This document shows, in pieces, positions 31,001 to 39,163 of a stretch of 56,392 bases of DNA (position 1 is the stretch's first letter; the number at the start of each line of letters is the position of its first letter). This DNA comes from Bdellovibrionota bacterium. GTDB taxonomy: Bacteria; Bdellovibrionota_C; UBA2361; CAKMMH01. The translations under genes and the position numbers were made by a program. The DNA lies in the NCBI GenBank assembly GCA_050952645.1, contig JBMNLI010000016.1, positions 1-56,392 of the forward strand, given 5' to 3'. A model generated the notes under the pieces. The model worked only from the letters and a program-made list of their open reading frames with translations, was not told where the DNA came from and ran no database searches.

Positions 31001-33351
31001 TCTTTTTCTAAAATGTGGAGCAGAGAAGAGTTAGAAAACCTTTCGTCTTAATCCCCTTACTAATTCGGGTCGTTTTTTCTGAAAAGGTTATGAAATGTTT
31101 GAATGTATTGGCTAACGATGAGGTCTTAATCCCCTTACTAATTCGGGTCGTTTTTTCTTATACAGAAATCGAAGGAGATCTTAGCCGTGATAAAATTATG
31201 GTCTTAATCCCCTTACTAATTCGGGTCGTTTTTTCATAGTCAGATAACAAATGGAAATTTTGAGAGGGCATTAAAAAACGTCTTAATCCCCTTACTAATT
31301 CGGGTCGTTTTTTCACGACCAAGCTGGAAGAATCAACCTTTCAGCAGATGAAAAGTCTTAATCCCCTTACTAATTCGGGTCGTTTTTTCAGACGTTTTAA
31401 GAGAGATATCATCATCTGGAAACTGTCTTAATCCCCTTACTAATTCGGGTCGTTTTTTCATTTTTGGAAATATTTTGAAATTAAAAAACCACAAACGTCT
31501 TAATCCCCTTACTAATTCGGGTCGTTTTTTCATTAAGACTGGGCAAGGCGTTCAAATGATGACCGGAAGTCTTAATCCCCTTACTAATTCGGGTCGTTTT
31601 TTCAATTATGAAAAGTCTTGATATATTGGCTAACAATGAGTTCGGTCTTAATCCCCTTACTAATTCGGGTCGTTTTTTCAAAAGGAAAAGCTAGAGAATA
31701 TTCACCTTTAGCTTTAAGTCTTAATCCCCTTACTAATTCGGGTCGTTTTTTCACACACAGGTATCCATAGCGGTTATTATTATGGTGTAACCGGTCTTAA
31801 TCCCCTTACTAATTCGGGTCGTTTTTTCATTATGAAAGCTTTTCCTATTTTGTCAAAAGATGATTTCGTCTTAATCCCCTTACTAATTCGGGTCGTTTTT
31901 TCGAAATAAATTATTTAAGAAGTGTTAATGGGAAGATGACGTCTTAATCCCCTTACTAATTCGGGTCGTTTTTTCTGTATTGGCTCACGACGAGTTCGTA
32001 AGCCAATATAGTCTTAATCCCCTTACTAATTCGGGTCGTTTTTTCTATGAAAGCTTTTCCTATTTTGTCAAAAGATGATTTCGTCTTAATCCCCTTACTA
32101 ATTCGGGTCGTTTTTTCTAAAATATGGAAAAAATAAACAACGGAATTTTGAAAGGTCTTAATCCCCTTACTAATTCGGGTCGTTTTTTCTAGGAAAGCTG
32201 AAAATTGGTTGGCTGATGAACAGATAACCAGTCTTAATCCCCTTACTAATTCGGGTCGTTTTTTCATGAACAGACGGGTGAAAGGGTGCAAGATTTATTA
32301 TTGGTCTTAATCCCCTTACTAATTCGGGTCGTTTTTTCGAAATTAATATGTAAAAGAATTGATGCAATTGAGGGTCTTAATCCCCTTACTAATTCGGGTC
32401 GTTTTTTCATTATAAGATAAAAAATCAATTATTTATGGAGGTAAAAAATGGGTCTTAATCCCCTTACTAATTCGGGTCGTTTTTTCGACGAGTTCGTAAG
32501 CCAATATATTGGCTACGATCGTGTCTTAATCCCCTTACTAATTCGGGTCGTTTTTTCTCTCCATAGAGGCTTTTTTGCTTCCGCACTTGAAATAAAGGTC
32601 TTAATCCCCTTACTAATTCGGGTCGTTTTTTCTCATCAAAAAGATTATTAAGAGTCTTGATGTATTGGCTCACGAGTCTTAATCCCCTTACTAATTCGGG
32701 TCGTTTTTTCAAGCCAATATATTGGCTACGTTACTGGTGCAAGACGAGTCTTAATCCCCTTACTAATTCGGGTCGTTTTTTCAGAATTATTGATAATAGG
32801 AAGTAGTTTAAACACAATTTCTGTCTTAATCCCCTTACTAATTCGGGTCGTTTTTTCCAATGCTTGTCTTTTCATTGGCTTCAGTGCCTTTCTGTCTTAA
32901 TCCCCTTACTAATTCGGGTCGTTTTTTCGTGGCTTTAGAAGTTTCTAAGGAGAACATCAAGGTGGTCTTAATCCCCTTACTAATTCGGGTCGTTTTTTTC
33001 TAAAAAACAATTCCATGATTAGCCCATTCGGGCATTCGTGTCTTAATCCCCTTACTAATTCGGGTCGTTTTTTCTTATTTGGGAAAAGGAGATAAAATAT
33101 GGAAAAATTAAGTCTTAATCCCCTTACTAATTCGGGTCGTTTTTTCTGGCTACGATCGTGATGCTAGACGATTAAGTCCCTTTGACTGTCTTAATCCCCT
33201 TACTAATTCGGGTCGTTTTTTCATATTGATGGGAAACTTGAAAAGTTTACATCTGAAACGTTAAGGTCTTAATCCCCTTACTAATTCGGGTCGTTTTTTC
33301 TTATCAGCGTTATGATACTGCAATCCCCTTACTAATTCGGGTCGTTTTTTC
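25074..33351 (-). CRISPR. Type III CRISPR array; 35-bp repeat, about 111 full repeats plus one truncated, about 111 spacers (mostly 33-46 nt)
   Basis: Repeat on + is GTCTTAATCCCCTTACTAATTCGGGTCGTTTTTTC; transcribed strand GAAAAAACGACCCGAATTAGTAAGGGGATTAAGAC (8-nt tag ATTAAGAC). Leader lies next to cas2. Counts are manual. Confidence 0.98.
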
Positions 33352-33611
33352 CGCGTCTCTTTTTTACACTGGTTTTTCCAGTATAAAAACTCCTCTTTTC
33401 GCAGACCTTAAAGACATTCTTATAAATTACTCCTTTTTAAATTAAAAAACAAGAAAAATCTTTTATAACTTATTAGATTTTCAATGTTTCTTAATAATCG
33501 CAGACCTAAATATATTTCAATAATAGTAAACCCTTACTTCTACCCTTATTCTATTGTGTAAAAACACTTTTCGGGCTTCCGTAAATAAAAACAAACAATA
33601 GGTCTGCGATC
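33352..33611 (-). promoter_or_regulatory. Leader of the type III array
   Basis: AT-rich non-coding region between cas2 and the first repeat, with three copies of TCGCAGACCT. Confidence 0.8.
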
Positions 33612-33890
33612 CTATAAAATTATATATGTTTTACTAAAATCTATATATTCTCCTAGACCTATTATATCATTCTTTTTACTACATTCACCACAAAGTGGAA
33701 ATAATTTTACTCCATCTAAATCTGGTTCTATTTCTTTTTTTATTCGTTTAGTCATCGCTAAAAAACTTTTCGGACTTAACGAAACCTCAAAAATCGATCT
33801 CTGGACTCTCTTTCCAAAATCCTCCATCACTTTAGCAATACGCCTTAAACGTCCCGGGTTCGCTATATCATAACAAACTAACACTATCAT
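33612..33890 (-). CDS. cas2: CRISPR-associated endonuclease Cas2
   Basis: LVCYDIA..RLRRIAK, RVQRSIFE. Confidence 0.95.
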   Translation of the reverse strand: MIVLVCYDIANPGRLRRIAKVMEDFGKRVQRSIFEVSLSPKSFLAMTKRIKKEIEPDLDGVKLFPLCGECSKKNDIIGLGEYIDFSKTYIIL

Positions 33891-33912
33891 AATATAAACT
33901 TATCCCCCATTT

Positions 33913-34188
33913 TTAAAAAATCTGATAATTAACATTCGTAACTTTTAATCCCTTGCCTAAAATAATCTCATTTTCAATGCAAGTCGAACATATCCTATAA
34001 ATTCTAAAAGAATCTTTCTTCAAATTTAAATTCATAGCAGCATAAGCTCTAATTTCTCCTAACTGCTCTAAAGTAATATCACACTCAAATACAGACTTTT
34101 GAGTATTCTGTCCGTAGCCTAATAAAAACTTATGCATCTTTATTAATCTTTTCGGACTCGCTATATCATACGTAATAACCGTTATCAT
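33913..34188 (-). CDS. cas2: CRISPR-associated endonuclease Cas2 (second paralog)
   Basis: VITYDIA, QKSVFEC, DSFRIYRIC. Confidence 0.93.
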   Translation of the reverse strand: MITVITYDIASPKRLIKMHKFLLGYGQNTQKSVFECDITLEQLGEIRAYAAMNLNLKKDSFRIYRICSTCIENEIILGKGLKVTNVNYQIF

Positions 34189-34249
34189 AACTTCCTAACT
34201 TTACTTCTAATACTACAATTATTTTAATACTAAAATTGTCTTTTAAACA

Positions 34250-35410
34250 TTACCTTAATAATAATGGCACATACTCACCAACATCACCCTCAATTACTCT
34301 TCTATAATATCTAGCTTGAAAATTAATAGCATCTAAATATGTAAGCTCCTTTCCTGCTAATGAGTGGTAAAACTTAGTTGATAATTTCTTTTCAAAAGCT
34401 TCAATAACTTTTCTAATCGAAGTATCTACTATCTTTATTGGATACTTGCCAGTCGTGTTTATATTTTCTTCTAATATTTCAGAAACTCTATGTTCAGGAA
34501 GTGGCGTGAAATCATCATCAAGAGTATAAGGTCTCATAAGCCCGATAGGGTCATTTACAACTTTACTTAAATCACTTATCTCTCCTTCTTCCTTAGCTTC
34601 TTCAATAGGAGACACCTCCTCTCTTTCAAAAGAAGAATCGTTTAAAATTTCTAAATTCAAAATAGAAAGCATTAAAGTATCAGCTATTATCGGTCTAAAC
34701 TCTTCCATTAAATCAAATACTAAAGAATATCTTCCATAATCGAGAGTGTGAAGAGTTCCTACATAAGGCTCTAATGATGCAAGTCTTATAGCAATATAAA
34801 CCTTGTTCATTAAAAAAGTATATAATAATGATAGAAGCGAATTTACAGGATCCGTCGGCGGTCTTCTTACTCTCTTTGTAAATCCCCAATCTTTTGTTAA
34901 ACCGTATTGCAAAGCAGAAAAATATAGTGCAGAACCTCTACCCTCATAACCTCTTACGCTATCTACACTCTTTGCTTCACCTATATCATTTAAAAGCATT
35001 CTTATTTGCCCAGCTTTATCCTTGGCTATCGATGATTTTTTTGTGCGTGAAATTCGCATTAGCACTGTAATTAAATTAGTTAATTTTCCTATTACTATAC
35101 TTTTAGATGTTTTTAAACAAAACTCTTTATCTTCAGACAGTAAAAATTGCTTTCGTCTTAAAAATATATTTTTAGGTTCTTCTTGTGCTAATCTTCCTAT
35201 ATATTTACCATTTTGAGCTAGGAACACTGCATCGATACCAAACTTAAAAATAAGAACTATTGCAGGATGTGTAATTTTTATATTACCTATTATTACTATT
35301 TGAGAAACTGCGTGAGTGAAAATTGTATGAGAATACTCTCCTTTTTTTATTACTAGATTGCGACCTACTTTTACAAGCTCAGAGCCTTGCTCCGTTAGGT
35401 AAACTATCAT
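34250..35410 (-). CDS. cas1: CRISPR-associated endonuclease Cas1 (type III-associated, with acidic insertion)
   Basis: RGYEG, RRPPTDPVNSLLS, GTLH, SLVFDLMEEFRP. Confidence 0.97.
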   Translation of the reverse strand: MIVYLTEQGSELVKVGRNLVIKKGEYSHTIFTHAVSQIVIIGNIKITHPAIVLIFKFGIDAVFLAQNGKYIGRLAQEEPKNIFLRRKQFLLSEDKEFCLKTSKSIVIGKLTNLITVLMRISRTKKSSIAKDKAGQIRMLLNDIGEAKSVDSVRGYEGRGSALYFSALQYGLTKDWGFTKRVRRPPTDPVNSLLSLLYTFLMNKVYIAIRLASLEPYVGTLHTLDYGRYSLVFDLMEEFRPIIADTLMLSILNLEILNDSSFEREEVSPIEEAKEEGEISDLSKVVNDPIGLMRPYTLDDDFTPLPEHRVSEILEENINTTGKYPIKIVDTSIRKVIEAFEKKLSTKFYHSLAGKELTYLDAINFQARYYRRVIEGDVGEYVPLLLR

Positions 35411-36946
35411 TTAATCACCTAAATATTTTTTTACATCTTCTATCATTGCTTTAGTTTCTTTTGAAAAAAACCATCCTTTACTTCCATTGCCTTTTTCAAT
35501 GTTACTCTTTTTTTCATTTATCGCTTCAATAAAAAAAGGAGCAAGTATTTTTTTATATTTATCACTTTGCTTCCTAAAATCACTCTTATATGTTTTATCT
35601 ATTGCATTTGCATACTTACACTTATCAACTATCTTTTTTAAATCATCAGGCATATTTGCTATTTGCTTTTCTTGCTCTTCTTTAATTTTTTTTTGCTCTT
35701 CTTCAATCTTCTTTTGTGCTAACTCCTCTTTTTCTCGCTCTTTTAAAATTTCCTGCATTTTTAATTTTTCTTGTTTTAAATTTTCTTCCATTTTTGCTTG
35801 CTCTTTTTTTATGCTCTCAGATAATTTTTTCATTTCATCTAAAGACAATTCCTTCAAAGAAGCCCAAGAATAAAATTCAAGACTATTTTGATTTCTTATT
35901 TCATACGTTTCATTTGCACACCAAATCGTAGTCGTTCCCGAAAGACTTTTTTTGATTTGTCCTATTTCTATACTTCTACTATTTTTTATAGTCACTCCTT
36001 CTGCACCTGAATGTCTTCCAATTTGCATAGGATATTCATCATTTGGAATAGCACTTTTAAGCTTTATTTGATACGATCTTCCATCTATATAATACGGTCT
36101 ATTTTCAAGATTAGTTAACATTTCACCATAAAACCGATTTGTAGAATTAAATAATATTTTTTTATCTATAGTTTTTTTTACAATATTATTATCGATAGGT
36201 TGCATAATCGTAATTTGACCTAAAAACTTACTCCCAGTAGGGATAACTTCTAACCGTTGCTTAGACGTTAAGTTTTTACCACTATTTTTTTTCTTAAAAT
36301 TCCTTAAGTAAACGATTTTTGTTTTTATATCGCCTATAGGAAGAAAATCTGAAACCTTTACTAGTCTAAAAGGATCTGTTTCTGTTTCATTTTTATTACA
36401 ATTTAACAATCTACATTCAAAACCTTTTGAATCCTTGTTTTTTTCTTGTTGAGTTGCAGACTTATTCTCCTTATCTGCAATCAGATTTAAATAAGCCGTT
36501 CTTAAACTTCCTTTCACAGATGAACCAGGAATATAAGGTTTCCCAGTCTTTTTTAAAAACGCAGTCCTATCGATTACAAATTGATCATATGATTTAGCAT
36601 TTTCGTATTCTTTTTTATATTCTTTTGCAATCCCTATTTTTTTATAATTTAACGATTCGACATTAAGCTTTTGTATATAATCACAAACTTTCTTTATGCC
36701 ATTCTTTTCATTTATCTTTTCATCTAATAAAAGCTTAGAAAGTTCTTTTCTTTGCGATTTATCCATAAGCCTTGCAAGTTCTAATGGATCGTAAACTAAT
36801 ATTTCACCATCACCGACCTTATAACTAATAGGATCATAAATCTCATCACAACCAATATGTATAGGAGAACGTGTCGTTAATATAACATCTATTACTTGCA
36901 TTGCTTGCTTACTTTCATTTATCATAAACTTAACTCTCCTTCCCAA
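35411..36946 (-). CDS. csm5: Type III-A RAMP Csm5 with charged C-terminal extension
   Basis: TRSPIHIG, PYIPGSSVKGSLRTA, DPFRLVKVSD, IGRHSGAE. Confidence 0.9.
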   Translation of the reverse strand: MGRRVKFMINESKQAMQVIDVILTTRSPIHIGCDEIYDPISYKVGDGEILVYDPLELARLMDKSQRKELSKLLLDEKINEKNGIKKVCDYIQKLNVESLNYKKIGIAKEYKKEYENAKSYDQFVIDRTAFLKKTGKPYIPGSSVKGSLRTAYLNLIADKENKSATQQEKNKDSKGFECRLLNCNKNETETDPFRLVKVSDFLPIGDIKTKIVYLRNFKKKNSGKNLTSKQRLEVIPTGSKFLGQITIMQPIDNNIVKKTIDKKILFNSTNRFYGEMLTNLENRPYYIDGRSYQIKLKSAIPNDEYPMQIGRHSGAEGVTIKNSRSIEIGQIKKSLSGTTTIWCANETYEIRNQNSLEFYSWASLKELSLDEMKKLSESIKKEQAKMEENLKQEKLKMQEILKEREKEELAQKKIEEEQKKIKEEQEKQIANMPDDLKKIVDKCKYANAIDKTYKSDFRKQSDKYKKILAPFFIEAINEKKSNIEKGNGSKGWFFSKETKAMIEDVKKYLGD

Positions 36947-37902
36947 GGTACTACTATTGAAAAAGCTTGTTGAAGCACATTGCCATCGTACTGCTTAGAA
37001 ACACCTTGCAATGCACTTCCTATAAAAGGCTTGCTTAATCTTTTATCATTTTTTACCTTAAAAACTGCACTCTCGTCTATCATTAAAATCGGATTCTTAA
37101 AAGGGTTTCCTTTAAATACAGACGCATCTCCATGTTTTCCAAACTTAGTAATAGGTTGATAATATATTTCTTCAAAACAATCATTTTCGCCATAAACAAA
37201 AGGAGATAGTGTATAATAATTATCTTTTTCTAAACTAGGAAGTTGGCACTCAAAATGATTTTCTATATTAAATTTTCCCATACCTATCGAAGCATCTTTT
37301 CCAAATCCAAACTTTCCTATATTTGTTAATGCTTTGGTGATGCCATCTAAGCTTGTTTTATTTTCATCAAATAAAATAAATATAGCTAATTTATACTCAG
37401 GCGATATGTAAGTTTTTTCTGCTCCATAAGGCGCAAACTCTTCGCTAGTAGTAGTAAAAGTTTCTCTATTTATTTTATTATGCATAGCATTTTCTTTTTT
37501 TAAAATATTTTTATGCTCTTCATAATTTTCAATACTACTAATAGTAAAGTTTTTTTCTATATCTTCTTTAGCTACTGAAAAATATCGCTTTTCTTTTTCT
37601 GCTTTTCTATATTTTACATCATCAGACTTAGGAATTTTTTCGACATCTATATTACTTAGAAGCGATGGCTTTTTAAAAATATACTTATCGTCTTTATAAT
37701 AAAAAGCTGATGAAAAAATTATGCTTGGGTTTTGCCCATTATAATCTTTAATAAAATCATCAAACGAGACTTTTAAAATATCTTTATTATAAACACACTG
37801 CCAACAAAAAGAACCAAAAAGCGTATCACCTCTTAGCTTTGTAGAAAAAGCAGATATTGGTTTTAAAATAAAACTGTATAACTTATAGTTATTATTATCC
37901 AT
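36922..37902 (-). CDS. csm4: Type III-A RAMP Csm4
   Basis: RGDTLFG, HNKINR, GFGKDASIGMGKF. Confidence 0.92.
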   Translation of the reverse strand: MDNNNYKLYSFILKPISAFSTKLRGDTLFGSFCWQCVYNKDILKVSFDDFIKDYNGQNPSIIFSSAFYYKDDKYIFKKPSLLSNIDVEKIPKSDDVKYRKAEKEKRYFSVAKEDIEKNFTISSIENYEEHKNILKKENAMHNKINRETFTTTSEEFAPYGAEKTYISPEYKLAIFILFDENKTSLDGITKALTNIGKFGFGKDASIGMGKFNIENHFECQLPSLEKDNYYTLSPFVYGENDCFEEIYYQPITKFGKHGDASVFKGNPFKNPILMIDESAVFKVKNDKRLSKPFIGSALQGVSKQYDGNVLQQAFSIVVPWEGELSL

Positions 37903-37925
37903 TCATAGCTTCCTGTATTTTTAAA

Positions 37926-38705
37926 TTATTTTTTTCTTTCTTTACTTAACTTATTTTGCATATTCTCATCATCAAAAGTAAACTCGACTTTTCCATAGCC
38001 TCTACTACCAGAAGCACCCAAAGCATCTTTTTCCAATAAAGCTATACCTTCGATAAGTTTTTTTTCATATTTATTTAACTCTCCTTTATCCCCATCTCCT
38101 TTATTCTTATCTTCTTGATTATCTTCTTCACTTCCTTTATTTATATTAGTCGAAAAGATTTTTAATGAAATATTAAACTTAAATTTAACTCCAGCTACAA
38201 CCCTCTCAATAAATCTAGGATTTTCAGCAGTGCCTTTTATTCTATTTATTGAATTTTCAGCTTTTACTTCATACAAATTTTCTTCATCATTAGATTCAGC
38301 CAAATTACAATCAGAAAAAATAAGCCTCGTAGGACCTCCTGTATATTTATCAGAGCTATCTGCTCCTGCACCAAAAAGCTCGATTATTAAATCTATATCT
38401 TCTTGATCATCATATTTTTTTCTATTCTCATCATCATTCTTACTAGGTTGGAGGACACTACTATGAAAATTATGACCTAAAGGCTTTCCATTTGTAGAAG
38501 TTATAGCAGATGTTTTTAACTCTAATAAAGAGCGAATTTTCCCTTTTAGCGATGAGCCAGGTATATAAGGTTTTCCTGTTTTAGAGTTTTTTATAACTGG
38601 CGAATCTGTTCCACCTATATGCATAGCAACATCACCAGCACCAATATGTAAACCACTTTTTAATTCTATCGTTCCTGTGTATTCTTTAATTTCTTTTAAT
38701 TGCAT
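37926..38705 (-). CDS. csm3: Type III-A RAMP Csm3
   Basis: GLHIGAG, GGTDSPV (catalytic Asp retained), PYIPGSSLKGK, NPRFIERV, LGASGSRGYGKV. Confidence 0.95.
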   Translation of the reverse strand: MQLKEIKEYTGTIELKSGLHIGAGDVAMHIGGTDSPVIKNSKTGKPYIPGSSLKGKIRSLLELKTSAITSTNGKPLGHNFHSSVLQPSKNDDENRKKYDDQEDIDLIIELFGAGADSSDKYTGGPTRLIFSDCNLAESNDEENLYEVKAENSINRIKGTAENPRFIERVVAGVKFKFNISLKIFSTNINKGSEEDNQEDKNKGDGDKGELNKYEKKLIEGIALLEKDALGASGSRGYGKVEFTFDDENMQNKLSKERKK

Positions 38706-38738
38706 AATTACCTCTCTTTGAAATTTTATTTTTAAACG

Positions 38739-39158
38739 TTAATCTTCTTTTGGGCAGTAAAACTTATAAAATGCTATAAAAGATTCAAAAAACAATGTAG
38801 CATTTTTTAAATCTTTATAATCTTTAATTTGCCCTATAATATTTTTTAAAAAATTATAAAAATTAATTGATATCAAATTACGTCCTCTAGCGTATGCAGC
38901 TTTTGCAACAATCATATTTACTAAGGGTAAACACTCGTCAAATTTCGCTTCTTTATTATCTGAATTATTTACTATGTCATTATATTTTAATAATTCATCA
39001 AAGAATTTTCTTATTTGGCTCTGCTTATCTATATCTTTTGCACTCTTTTTTCTATCATCTGCTATACATTTTGCTTTTCCCTCAGCCACATCAGAAAATA
39101 ATGTTGAACGTATTTTTTTATTATTTTTATCATCATAAAATTTAAAATTTTCTTCCAT
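38739..39158 (-). CDS. csm2: Type III-A small subunit Csm2
   Basis: SQIRKFFDE, AKAAYARGR, FFESFIAFYK. Confidence 0.92.
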   Translation of the reverse strand: MEENFKFYDDKNNKKIRSTLFSDVAEGKAKCIADDRKKSAKDIDKQSQIRKFFDELLKYNDIVNNSDNKEAKFDECLPLVNMIVAKAAYARGRNLISINFYNFLKNIIGQIKDYKDLKNATLFFESFIAFYKFYCPKED

Positions 39159-39163
39159 ATTCT

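Noticed and set aside
31158..32082. Spacer-derived peptide LSRDKIMKAFPILSKDDF resembling a DUF433 motif
   Set aside because: Only a 6-nt overlap and a short, weak similarity; not supportable.
25125..32712. Many short ORFs containing KKRPELVRGLR, EKTTRISKGIKT or VLIPLLIRVVF
   Set aside because: Translations of the CRISPR repeat, not genes.
33612..35410. RNA-derived spacer acquisition (RT-Cas1) as the cause of the strand bias
   Set aside because: Cas1 has no RT domain (no YADD-type motif) and no RT gene is in the window; selection explains the bias more simply.
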